The translations under genes were made by a program, and so were the position numbers. The notes beneath the pieces were generated by a model. The model searched no databases and was not told where the DNA came from. It saw only the letters and a program-made list of their open reading frames with translations. 34,077 nt of DNA from Nitrospiraceae bacterium (GTDB lineage: Bacteria; Nitrospirota; Nitrospiria; Nitrospirales; Nitrospiraceae), in contig JBBIQV010000002.1 in the NCBI GenBank assembly GCA_037442105.1, positions 124,001 to 158,077 of the forward strand, in the 5' to 3' direction. Numbering within the stretch: the first letter of the stretch is position 1; the number at the start of each line of letters is the position of its first letter. This document shows positions 1 through 8,836 of this stretch, piece after piece.

Positions 1-954
1 GAGCGGCATATAGGGGCAAGGAGTCAATTCCCCGTTCGGAGTCACTCGCGCATAGTTGGTGCCGGCCAAGCAACCTCCGCCCATATAGCCCGTCGCCTTG
101 GTGATCGGCGAGTTCGGATCTTTTTCGTAGGCGAGCCGTTTGAAATGCGGCGCGCAGCGAGCCCGGACCAGCATGTTCTTGTACTTGTCCTGGGAGTCGA
201 CCAAATGGCCAAGCACTTCTTCGTACTGGGCCGGGGTGATGTCGGTCAGTTCCTCGCCGCGCCCGGTACAGACCATGAAGAAGACATTGAGGACTCTGGC
301 GCCGAGATTGTGAGCCCAGTCGATCACCGCCGGCAGTTCTTGATAGTTCATCGGCTGCGCGCTGAAGTGGACTTGAAACTGTAGGCCGTTGCGTTTACAG
401 GCTTCGATGCCTGCCACCGCCGCTTCCCAGGCGCCGGGGACTCCACGGAACCGATTGTGCTTCTGTGGGTCCAGTGAATCGATACTGATACCGACTCCCA
501 TGACGCCGATCTCGACCAGTTGCTTGGCCATTCGATCGTTGATCAACATGCCGTTCGTGCCGAACACGACCATGAAGCTGAGTCCCACTGCGTAGCGGGC
601 GATATCGAGGATGTCGGGACGAACCAGCGGCTCGCCGCCCGTGATGACGAGCAAGCAGCCCTTGTTCACCTCTGCGATTTGGTCGATGAGCCGGAAACAC
701 TCGGCGGTCGTGAGCTCGTCGGCACCGCCCCCGGCCTTGGTCGTCGCGTCCAGGTAACAGTGGTCGCATTTGAGGTTGCAACGCTTCGTGAGGTTGAGTG
801 CGATCAGGTAAGGCTTGAAGTCGTCAACGGTGCGGCCATCCCGTGGGCCTGACGAGGATTGGTCTGGGGAGATGAACCGTGCGATCTGTTGTTGAAGGGA
901 ATCCAGCTTTCCCGCGAACGGCGAGAAGTTGAGGATGGGGAGCGACTTGCCCAT
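1..954 (-). CDS. Radical SAM/SPASM protein, AhbD/NirJ/PqqE-like (3' end runs off the window)
   Basis: Not in the ORF track; translated by hand from ATG at 954: MGKSLPILNF...NLTKRCNLKCDHCYLD (CxxxCxxC), ITGGEPLVRPD, GTNG, ISIDS, and SPASM start GCLAG...TPNGELTPCPYMPL. Starts 6 bp after the stop of the USP gene. Confidence 0.9.
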   Translation of the reverse strand, partial: MGKSLPILNFSPFAGKLDSLQQQIARFISPDQSSSGPRDGRTVDDFKPYLIALNLTKRCNLKCDHCYLDATTKAGGGADELTTAECFRLIDQIAEVNKGCLLVITGGEPLVRPDILDIARYAVGLSFMVVFGTNGMLINDRMAKQLVEIGVMGVGISIDSLDPQKHNRFRGVPGAWEAAVAGIEACKRNGLQFQVHFSAQPMNYQELPAVIDWAHNLGARVLNVFFMVCTGRGEELTDITPAQYEEVLGHLVDSQDKYKNMLVRARCAPHFKRLAYEKDPNSPITKATGYMGGGCLAGTNYARVTPNGELTPCPYMPL

Positions 955-960
955 ATCGCT

Positions 961-3066
961 TTAGGCACTTCCCTTTCCTGTGAGATCGGCGATCAGGTCC
1001 TTAAGGTTGCCGGTCTTCATCGCTTCGGCCATATAGCTCTTCGACTGCTCGATACCCTCGTTGGCTACTTCGATCGTGATGACCGTCGTGCCGATCTTGT
1101 CCGCATGTTTCTGGATGAGGGCGCGGGTACACTCGCGCATGAAGCCCTCAGGCGCCCGTTCAAGCCGAGCCTGCGCGTCAGGCGTCCAGGTGTAGAGAGG
1201 CGCCGGTTCCGCTGTGTGGCCGTTCCCGTTCCCATTGCCGTGTTTGTGCTCCGGCTTCGCGCCGTTGGCGCCGCTCGCGGCGGCTGTTGCGGTGGCTCCG
1301 GTCTTGGGCAAGGCCCCGGTTCCCTTATTGGCGAAAATGGGGCTGTAGTCTTCCGATGCGGCTTCCTGAATCATGGGCGCGGCATATTCCAACGTGATGG
1401 TGGTGATGCCGAGCTTGCGGGCGCTCTTTTCGATTTTGGCTTTAGCCCGGCGGCGCTGGAAGCCGGCTGGGATCGCACGGATCGCCTCCTTGGCATCCTT
1501 CGTCCATTGCATCGGCACATCGTCGTAGGCCACATCCGTTTCGAGGCCACCTTCGGCTTTCGCCGCTGCGTCGAAGATGCCTTTGTCGACCTGCTTGAAT
1601 CGGTCACCCGCGGCGCTGCAGACAGGACACTTGACCGGCGCGTCGCCCTTTCCGATGTAACCACAGCCGTCGCAGACGAAGTAGTTCTGGCTCATCCGGT
1701 CGAGGTAAGCCTGGGTCGTGTTTGCCGGTTTTGGCTTCTCCTCGACGATCTCGGTCATCATGCCGCTGAGCTTGTTGCCCATGAGGTCTTTGGCCACCGC
1801 ATCGTCGGCCTGCATCTTGTCGCGATTGATGCCCGATGCATCGAGGCCGGCGCCCAGCGCGCGCATCGCGTCCATCGCACCCTTGGGCAAAATGTGCCCG
1901 ACCGCCGCATCGACCACCGTGTTGCTGATGATGGTGTGACCCTTCTCGATGGCATAGCGGTGGATGGCGGTCTTGGCCACGCCCCGTGCGAACACAGGGA
2001 TCTTTTCCATCCGTCGGAGCGCTTCTTCGGTCCAGGCGATCGTGTATTCAGCCTGCGTGTCGATCGGCGGCACGTGCTTCCGGTTGGAGACGAGGAGATT
2101 GCACGGGGCGCTGCGCAGCAGGTTTTCCGTATTGCTGCCGATGTCCATATCGTCGTCGCTGTGAACGCCGATCCGTCCCACAATGAGAAGCCAGGGAACT
2201 TCCTTCCGGACGTACTGAATGATTTTTTCGAAGGCCTTGCCGTCCAACAAGGTCGTCTTGATGTCGGTTTGCTCGGCTTGAGCCAGCTCGCGGGAAATAT
2301 CCAGATGCGATTGATAGATCTTGGCCAAGCCGCTGTCGATGATCTCCTCGTGCAGCTTTTCCTGCTCCTTGAACCGGAAGACCTTGCCGGCTTCTTCGTT
2401 CAGCACACCGGAAATGCTGTGGAAAGCGGCGTAGTGGAAATAGGGGTCGAACGCAGAGATGGCTTCAACCGGCCGATTGAACGCCTTGCCGAGCGCGAGC
2501 CCGGTCATGAGCCCGCCAAACGAATAGGGGCTGCCGTCCACCGCGACGACGATCTTGCCATTGGTCATCGGTTGGGTCTGTTTCACGACCAACATGTCCG
2601 AATTCCGCACGCGGCGAATCACGCGCTCGGTATTGCTGCCGATGACGCTGTCCTTCACCGCGCCGACGCCCAGCGCGCCCATGATGACGAGGTCATACCC
2701 ATTGGTATTGATATCCTCGGCCAGGACTTTCCAGTTGCGGCCCTCCAGCGATCGACGCTCGAGGGGGAGGTTGGCTTCCGTACATTTCTTGTCCACGAAG
2801 TCCAGGTAAGAGTCGGTGATGATCTGCAACCCGCGGGTAATCAAGGAGTCGTGGATCTGCCGCTGCCGGTCTAACTCCTTCTCGTCGTGATATTCCTCCG
2901 GGAGGCCTGCCTCCATTTGTTTGAACCGCTTGTCGTGCATCTTGGCGGCATAGACGTGGCTCCCGACAATCTTGGAGCCGAAGGTCTTAGCGAAGTGGAT
3001 ACCGGTCTCCACGGCCGTATTGGAATGGTCGGAGTTATCGACCGGGATATAGATAGTCTTATACAT
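961..3066 (-). CDS. Multidomain universal stress protein: 2x USP, 3x PCP_red-like modules, rubredoxin-like CxxC..CxxC
   Basis: USP motifs IYIPVDNS / DLVIMGALG..GSNTERV and IVVAVDGS / LLIVGRIG..GSNTENLL. Three WT-x-(E/D)A...P..F.R repeats. FVCDGCGY..PVKCPVC. SD AGGAGG upstream. Confidence 0.9.
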   Translation of the reverse strand: MYKTIYIPVDNSDHSNTAVETGIHFAKTFGSKIVGSHVYAAKMHDKRFKQMEAGLPEEYHDEKELDRQRQIHDSLITRGLQIITDSYLDFVDKKCTEANLPLERRSLEGRNWKVLAEDINTNGYDLVIMGALGVGAVKDSVIGSNTERVIRRVRNSDMLVVKQTQPMTNGKIVVAVDGSPYSFGGLMTGLALGKAFNRPVEAISAFDPYFHYAAFHSISGVLNEEAGKVFRFKEQEKLHEEIIDSGLAKIYQSHLDISRELAQAEQTDIKTTLLDGKAFEKIIQYVRKEVPWLLIVGRIGVHSDDDMDIGSNTENLLRSAPCNLLVSNRKHVPPIDTQAEYTIAWTEEALRRMEKIPVFARGVAKTAIHRYAIEKGHTIISNTVVDAAVGHILPKGAMDAMRALGAGLDASGINRDKMQADDAVAKDLMGNKLSGMMTEIVEEKPKPANTTQAYLDRMSQNYFVCDGCGYIGKGDAPVKCPVCSAAGDRFKQVDKGIFDAAAKAEGGLETDVAYDDVPMQWTKDAKEAIRAIPAGFQRRRAKAKIEKSARKLGITTITLEYAAPMIQEAASEDYSPIFANKGTGALPKTGATATAAASGANGAKPEHKHGNGNGNGHTAEPAPLYTWTPDAQARLERAPEGFMRECTRALIQKHADKIGTTVITIEVANEGIEQSKSYMAEAMKTGNLKDLIADLTGKGSA

Positions 3067-3238
3067 TGAGATGCCTCCTTAAGGAGCTCTCCCTGCCAGA
3101 GAGGACCGTCACAATTTCCAGAAAATCCAACCGGTTGACAAAGTTCCCCGGTGTCAAAACGAGGGAGGATGATAGCACCGGGGTTGCGGGGAATGCAAGA
3201 CGCAAGTCGTCACGGTGGACGGTTGACGATGGTTTGAC

Positions 3239-4864
3239 TCAGGCGGTTGACGATTGACGGTTGGCGGTTGACGGGACCTGGGCATTCTGCCGACGCGAGT
3301 GCAGGATCTCTTCGAGCGTAAGCAGGGCATCCCGTCCCGAATTCCCTTCGATGCCGCGGATCAGGCTCCCGTCGGCATATTTCTTTGCCGGTTCGGTTTG
3401 GGAGAGCGACCCGGTCCAGGCGCGGGGATCGCGGCTGCCCTGTTTCCGTTCCCAGGCGGTGAGGCAGGCCTTGGCAATAATCTTATTCAGCGGTGCCGGG
3501 TTATAGAGGAGCTTGCGTATGCTGGTGGGGGTCAACATGAGGGGATTGTATCCGGCCAATAGGTATCCCTCTTCAAGCAGTCGATGCTCCAACTCCGTGT
3601 TCGGCTGGATGCCAAGGAAGAACATCAAGGGGAAGACACGCTCTTCCCCCAGGATCGCGGCGACCCTCTTATAGGACTCGACGCTCTGGAGCAGGGTCTC
3701 CTCCGTCTCCTTGGGGCTGTTCAGCGAATAGTTCAGAATGACCTTGCCTTTGAACCCGGCCTCGGCCAGGTAGCGGCAACCGTCGTAGAGGCGTTCGAGC
3801 TTGAATCCCATATGCAGATTATTGAGCACTTCCTGGGAGCCGGAGGTGATGGCTACCTCCAGATCACCCACACCGGACCGGACCATCAGCTTGGCCAACT
3901 CAGGCGTGATAAGAGAAGTCCTGATATAGCCGGACCATTCGATCTCCAGCTTCTCCCGGATGACGCGTTCCAGGATCTCCGTGCATTGGGGGTAGGCTTC
4001 TTTGCCGGTGATGAACTGGGCGTCGGTGAACCAGAACCGGCGCGCGCCCCATTGATGGTAGTGATGGGCGATGTCCTGCACGACCAGGGATGGCGGCCGG
4101 TAGCGAACCCGTTTCCCTTCGATGTAGGGATACAGGCAAAACGCGCAGTCGTAGGGGCAGCCGCGTTTGGTCTGGACGCCGATGGATTCGCCGACGTATT
4201 CGCGATATTGCGGGAAGATGGACGTTAAGTATGGGAGGTCGACCGTGAGGGTGTCCAGCGAGGCCGGCGCGCGTTGTTCGCCCTTCCGGATGGTTGTTCC
4301 GTCGCGCAGAATGTAGCGCTCGCCCTCGAGAGACCGCCCCTCGATCACTTTCAGGATCGCATCCTCGCCTTCGCCCATTATCCCGATGGTGCCTTCCGGC
4401 AGTTTCTCGATGAGTTGGTCGGCAAAAGCCGTGAAGGCTCCGCCACCGATCATGATCTGAGCCTTCGGGAATTCTTTGTAGATCAGCCACGGATAGGAGA
4501 GGTTGGCCCGGATGTGGCTGTAGTAGCGATAGAGCTGTTTCAGGCCTTCGAAGGACGCCATCACCCGTTTGAGCGGGTTGCTCGCAAAGTAGAAATTGAA
4601 TGCATGTTCGAGCGAGGCATCGCCTTCGTGAGGCGAGAAGATCTGAATGTCACGCCATGAAAAGCAGACAAGATCCGGTTTGAACTCCGTGGCTGCGTCG
4701 CGGATGGCCTGGCTTCGCTGCGAGACGGGATACAGCGAGAGGTCCAGAATCCGCTGCCGCACCTCCGGCTTCCGCCGGTGGATGAAATCCGCCAGGTAGG
4801 TGACCCCGATGGGATACACCTTTTTGCACGGCAAAAAGATATAAAGGATGGAGTTCATGCTCAT
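3239..4864 (-). CDS. Cobalamin-binding radical SAM protein (class B methyltransferase-like; resembles the cyanobacterial Slr0320 family)
   Basis: N-terminal YPIGVTYLAD..FSWRDIQI..IMIGGGAF..GEGE B12-binding region; TKRGCPYDCAFCLYP radical SAM motif; FWFTDAQF. Confidence 0.85.
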   Translation of the reverse strand: MSMNSILYIFLPCKKVYPIGVTYLADFIHRRKPEVRQRILDLSLYPVSQRSQAIRDAATEFKPDLVCFSWRDIQIFSPHEGDASLEHAFNFYFASNPLKRVMASFEGLKQLYRYYSHIRANLSYPWLIYKEFPKAQIMIGGGAFTAFADQLIEKLPEGTIGIMGEGEDAILKVIEGRSLEGERYILRDGTTIRKGEQRAPASLDTLTVDLPYLTSIFPQYREYVGESIGVQTKRGCPYDCAFCLYPYIEGKRVRYRPPSLVVQDIAHHYHQWGARRFWFTDAQFITGKEAYPQCTEILERVIREKLEIEWSGYIRTSLITPELAKLMVRSGVGDLEVAITSGSQEVLNNLHMGFKLERLYDGCRYLAEAGFKGKVILNYSLNSPKETEETLLQSVESYKRVAAILGEERVFPLMFFLGIQPNTELEHRLLEEGYLLAGYNPLMLTPTSIRKLLYNPAPLNKIIAKACLTAWERKQGSRDPRAWTGSLSQTEPAKKYADGSLIRGIEGNSGRDALLTLEEILHSRRQNAQVPSTANRQSSTA

Positions 4865-4941
4865 AGCCGGTAGCTGATAGCGAGTAGCGAACAGCTTCTT
4901 TGGTCCGAAGCTATTAGCTATTCGCTGCTGGCTGTTCGCTA
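4864..4941. repeat. Heptamer-period imperfect hairpin filling the ubiE / radical SAM intergenic space
   Basis: TAGCCGG TAGCTGA TAGCGAG TAGCGAA CAGCTTC ... GAAGCTA TTAGCTA TTCGCTG CTGGCTG TTCGCTA; the right arm is the approximate reverse complement of the left. Confidence 0.85.
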
Positions 4942-5712
4942 TTTGACCGCCATATGAATCGCCACGATCCCCCCGCTTAAGTTGCGGTACTCGACATGGC
5001 TGAAGCCGGCTTCCCGCAAAAGTTGGCTTAATCGTTCCTGATCCGGGAAGGTGCGGATCGAGGCGGGGAGATATTCATACACGCCCGTGGTGTCGTGCGC
5101 GACCTTGGTCCCGATCCAGGGAAGAAGGCGGAAGGAGTACCAATCGTACAGATTGAGCAGCCACTTCCGCACCGGCCTGGAAAATTCCAGGCACACGAAC
5201 CGTCCGCCCGGTTTTAGCACCCGCCGGATCTCCATGAATGCCTGCATGAGATTCCCGACGTTTCTCATGCAGAAGCCGGTGGTGACGGCATCGAAGGTGT
5301 CGTTGGGAAAGCCCAACTGTTCGGCGTTGGCTTCCAGACAGGTGATCCGGCGATTGAGCCCCCGCCGGCTGATCTTCTTGAGTCCCTCGGCCAGCATGGC
5401 ATGGTTCAAGTCGGAAGCGATGACCCGGCCGTTGGCTCCCATCCGGGGTTCGATCAACAGGGCAAGATCCGCGGTGCCGGCCCCCACGTCGAGGGCCTTC
5501 CCCCCTGCAACCATCGGGACGAACGAGGCGGTGATCTTCTTCCAGCGGTGGTGCAGGCCGAAACTGAGGACCGTGTTGTTCAGGTCATAGACCCGTGCAA
5601 TGGCCGTGAACATCCGCTGGACGGCCTGCTCGCGCGCCTGGCCGGACCAGGTCGAAATCGTGCGGGCCTCTGCCTCTGGCGGTCGCTGACCCTGAGTCAC
5701 CGATTCCTCCAT
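4939..5712 (-). CDS. ubiE: UbiE/MenG-family quinone C-methyltransferase
   Basis: VQRMFTAIARVYDLNN.VLSFGLHHRWK, LDVGAGTAD, FCMRNV, RVLKPGGRFVCLEFS, YEYLPASIRTFP. Start may be 5712 or 5721. Confidence 0.9.
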   Translation of the reverse strand: MEESVTQGQRPPEAEARTISTWSGQAREQAVQRMFTAIARVYDLNNTVLSFGLHHRWKKITASFVPMVAGGKALDVGAGTADLALLIEPRMGANGRVIASDLNHAMLAEGLKKISRRGLNRRITCLEANAEQLGFPNDTFDAVTTGFCMRNVGNLMQAFMEIRRVLKPGGRFVCLEFSRPVRKWLLNLYDWYSFRLLPWIGTKVAHDTTGVYEYLPASIRTFPDQERLSQLLREAGFSHVEYRNLSGGIVAIHMAVK

Positions 5713-5785
5713 GGACAACATGAGCAGCGTGGTAGCACCCGGTTCGAAGCGGTGTCAAGCCGGATGCCCCCAGCTTGCTCCTCAT

Positions 5786-5902
5786 CACCTTGGTGGTGAA
5801 GCAGCCGGGTAGCCGTCCGATGGATCGGCGAGCTTCTAACGCTGTGAGCTGCTCCAGCAATTCGGCATAGAGCGTCTGAGTTTCGAGCGGTAGCCGTTCC
5901 AT
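5786..5902 (-). pseudogene. 5' remnant of a GSU2403-like nucleotidyltransferase-fold gene
   Basis: MERLPLETQTLYAELLEQL..RSIGRLPGCFTTK resembles the N-terminus of that family as I recall it; after about 39 codons the frame runs into unrelated sequence upstream of ubiE. Confidence 0.5.
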
Positions 5903-6179
5903 CGCGTTCCACGCGGATCAGTTATACGCAGGATAGGTTAAAGCTACGTATAACGCAACGGGACTTCGGGGCTCGTCCGGCGAGGAGATGGGCCGAAGCC
6001 TCTTACCGCTTTTGAACCCGGCTACAACAAATGGTGGCATGTTCTGATCCTTGCTCGTTCCTCTGAAGATTGCCCTGCCTGGGGGATTTCGCTAGACTGC
6101 GTGACCATGAAGCAAGAGGCGCCGGTGCGTAAGCACCCGGCAGCCCGTTGGCGCTATCTGGGGAGTAAGGGTAGTAACT

Positions 6180-6350
6180 CGATCAAGCCCGGGGCGCTTC
6201 GCCGGCAGATTGAGGAGGCCGGCGGCTTGAAGCTCATCCACGTCGCCCCGCCCTTCGACGTGGGCGCGGACTTCAGCATGGACATCGAGATCGGCGGCGA
6301 GACTTTTCATAAAGAGCCGAACCTGCTCGAACAGATCGCAGACTGGGGGA
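6180..6350 (+). pseudogene. N-terminal fragment of a beta-class (Mod-like) adenine DNA methyltransferase
   Basis: LRRQIEEAGGLKLIHVAPPFDVGADFSMDIEIGGETFHKEPNLLEQIA, where the usual catalytic IYIDPPF is decayed to IHVAPPF. Confidence 0.7.
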
Positions 6351-6356
6351 AACACT

Positions 6357-7454
6357 ATGTCACTCGAAACCACACTCTCAGACATCACGACCCGACTTCG
6401 CCAAGGGAAATTCCCAAACGAGCAGGCGATCTCACAAGGCATCGTTCTGCGTGTATTTCAAGAACTCGGCTGGGACACTTGGGATACCAATGTCGTCTGG
6501 CCTGAATATCACACCGGCGAAGGTCGTGCCGATTTCGCGCTGTGCCATCCTCCATCAAAGCCAATGGTATTCTCCGAAGTAAAGCAGCCTGGCAAAGCCG
6601 AGGACGCTGTGCGCCAAGCACTCGAATACGCGTTCCACGCAGGTGTTCCATTTGTTGTTCTAACAGATGGCCGAACGTGGAGCTTTTATCTGCCAGCGGA
6701 ACAAGGCAGCTATGAAGACCGCCGCGTTTACAAGCTCGACCTGTATGAGCGTCCACCTGCTGAGGCTGCTGAAGTCCTCTTGCGCTATCTCGAACGTGTC
6801 AGAGTCGAATCGGGAGATTCACTGGAAGCAGCGCGAAAGGAATACCGCAGCCGCAACCGTCGCTCGCAGGCGAAAGCTGCTATCCCGGAGGCGTGGCGCG
6901 AATTGGTAGAAAAGGGTGACGAACTTCTCGTGGAGATGTTGATGAGTGCTGTCGAATCTAAGGCGGGTGTTCGACCGGATGCCGATGATGTGGCGGAGTT
7001 TCTCGTCGGGCTTGGCCAGCCAGTTATTGTCGAAGCCCAACGCAGCAGCACGACTCAGCCGACCAGCGCAGTATCTCCGCGCCCAACTCCGACGCGCATG
7101 ATGACGGAGTCGTCTCGAAGCGGCAACTTGGTTCTCCTTGGCAAAGCACACGCTTACCACAACGCAAAAGATGCGATGGTTTTCATCCTTAGAGAACTTG
7201 CTAAAGCTGACGCTTCCTTTCTCGAACGTTGCTCCCAGCATCCAGACGCTCAAGGACGGAAACGGCGTTACATCGCTCGGACGCCGGAGGAACTCTATCC
7301 GGACCGCGAGGATCTCCGCGACATGCGGGAACAGTTACCGAACGGCTGGCTGGTCTCAACCAACCTGAACAACGTTCTCAAGAAAACCATCATCCGTCTT
7401 GCGGCTGAGGTTGCCGGATTGTCATTCGGCAAGGATGTCATCGTAGATTTTTGA
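6357..7454 (+). CDS. HsdR-N-like PD-(D/E)xK endonuclease with linker and SeqA-like C-terminal domain
   Basis: NEQAI..LGWD..VWPEY..GRADFAL..FSEVK..QALEYAF..VLTDGRTWSFY; S/T/P-rich linker; C-terminal GRKRRYIA..WLVSTNLNN.LKK. Confidence 0.8.
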   Translation: MSLETTLSDITTRLRQGKFPNEQAISQGIVLRVFQELGWDTWDTNVVWPEYHTGEGRADFALCHPPSKPMVFSEVKQPGKAEDAVRQALEYAFHAGVPFVVLTDGRTWSFYLPAEQGSYEDRRVYKLDLYERPPAEAAEVLLRYLERVRVESGDSLEAARKEYRSRNRRSQAKAAIPEAWRELVEKGDELLVEMLMSAVESKAGVRPDADDVAEFLVGLGQPVIVEAQRSSTTQPTSAVSPRPTPTRMMTESSRSGNLVLLGKAHAYHNAKDAMVFILRELAKADASFLERCSQHPDAQGRKRRYIARTPEELYPDREDLRDMREQLPNGWLVSTNLNNVLKKTIIRLAAEVAGLSFGKDVIVDF

Positions 7455-7472
7455 CCCAACCGATGCTCGGAC

Positions 7473-8117
7473 TCATCCACCGTGGCCGAAAAGCTCGGGT
7501 GCAAGTAGATCGCCACCGACCTCGGCAAGTTCGGTGCTGGTACAATCGAGTTCGAGATGGGCCTGTTCCCCGCCATGCTGGACGAAGCGAAACAGAAGGG
7601 CCTCGACCTCGCGCCCAAGACCATCCCGCCGGAAGTCTTCGACAAACGCGCCGTCGAGAAGGGCCAGGTCCGCTTTCACGACGTGGCCTATATTGCAGTC
7701 ACGCCCCGGTTCGACAAGAAAGACAAGCTGACACTGGCGATCGAGCTGACGGATTTCTCCGTTTATTACTCTCAAGGAATTTCTGAATCAATTACGGCCG
7801 AGTTGAAGGAAGGCAAGAGCGAGGTCGTCTGCGAGCAAGGCCATCTTTACAAAATCAGCAAGGACAAGAAGGGCGTCATCCAGAAGGAGAAGCTCACCAA
7901 GAAATGGACCGACTTGGTGGACTACTGGGCGGTGGATTTCAATTATGAGAGCCGGAAGGAGATCATCAAAGTTCCGCGAGGAACCGGCCTGGCCGGCGTG
8001 CAGGGCTTTCTGCCCGGACAGGAACCGGCTCAACGTGATCTTGAGTTATCCACCGACAAAGAAACTATCCTGACGGAAAAGAAACAGGTGTCGAGCCACT
8101 GGCTTGACGCCGAATAG
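7473..8117 (+). pseudogene. Middle and C-terminal fragments of the same Mod-like methyltransferase
   Basis: In frame with ORF 7557: STVAEKLGCK*IATDLGKF (post-motif I segment, TAG at 7506-7508 where Trp is expected), joined directly to EFEMGLFP..PPEVFDKRAVEKG..WTDLVDYWAVDF. Confidence 0.7.
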
Positions 8118-8137
8118 TCCTTGCCATAAAGTAAGGA
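8104..8137 (+). promoter_or_regulatory. Sigma70-like promoter and inverted-repeat operator of the AbrB/PIN TA operon
   Basis: TTGACG (8104-8109), 17 bp, TAAAGT (8127-8132); inverted repeat TCCTTGC..GTAAGGA (8118-8137) overlaps the -10. Confidence 0.55.
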
Positions 8138-8162
8138 AACGAAGAATACGAAAGGAGCTTCC

Positions 8163-8411
8163 GTGGCGACCGGAACCTTAACCAGCAAGGGGCAAACGAC
8201 CATCCCCAAGGAAGTCCGTGACCATCTGCACCTGAGTCCGGGGGATAAATTGGATTTCTTGATCGATGCCGAAGGGCGGGTGGTCTTGCGTCCGGCCACG
8301 CTGGACGTGCGGAAGCTGAAGGGGCTCCTGAAGCGGAAGCGAGGCAAACCGGTTTCTCTTGAGGAGATGAATCGAGCGATCTCGGAAGGGGCCGCACGGA
8401 AGCGCGCATGA
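8163..8411 (+). CDS. AbrB/MazE/SpoVT-family antitoxin
   Basis: TLTSKGQTTIPKEVRDHLHLSPGDKLDF; SD AAAGGAG before GTG; ATGA overlap with the toxin gene. Confidence 0.9.
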   Translation: MATGTLTSKGQTTIPKEVRDHLHLSPGDKLDFLIDAEGRVVLRPATLDVRKLKGLLKRKRGKPVSLEEMNRAISEGAARKRA

Positions 8412-8803
8412 TCGGCCTCGATACCAATCTCCTTATCCGATATTTGACGCAGGACGATCCTGCCCAATCAAAAAAAGCCTCGGCGGTGATCGATCGGGCC
8501 CTCGCCGGCGACAGCAGGTTATTCATTAACCATATTGTCTTGTGCGAAGTCATGTGGGTGCTGGATCGGGCCTACGGCTTTCCGAGACGCACGTTGGGAG
8601 AGGTGTTGGAGAGCATTCTTCAGGGGAAACAGTTCGAAATTGAAGACAAGCCCACTGCCTGGCAGGCGCTGAACGATTTCACTGCCTGCAAGGCCGATTA
8701 TGCCGATTGCCTGATCGGGGCAAAAAACCGAAAGGCCGGCTGCAGCACGACGCTGACCCTGGACCGCGGCGCCTCGACGCTCCCGACCTTTTCGCCGTTA
8801 TAG
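8408..8803 (+). CDS. vapC: VapC/PIN-domain toxin
   Basis: IGLDTNLLIRYL, VLCEVMWVL, ADYADCLI, TLTLD acidic PIN residues. Confidence 0.9.
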   Translation: MIGLDTNLLIRYLTQDDPAQSKKASAVIDRALAGDSRLFINHIVLCEVMWVLDRAYGFPRRTLGEVLESILQGKQFEIEDKPTAWQALNDFTACKADYADCLIGAKNRKAGCSTTLTLDRGASTLPTFSPL

Positions 8804-8836
8804 GGAGGCTCTCTAAAGAAGACTCGAAGCACTCCT

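Noticed and set aside
859..2874. 671-aa plus-strand ORF
   Set aside because: Antisense shadow of the USP gene; no recognisable motifs, and long shadows are common in GC-rich DNA.
7506..7508. In-frame TAG as pyrrolysine or readthrough
   Set aside because: It replaces an expected TGG in a gene that also shows deletions and a decayed catalytic motif.
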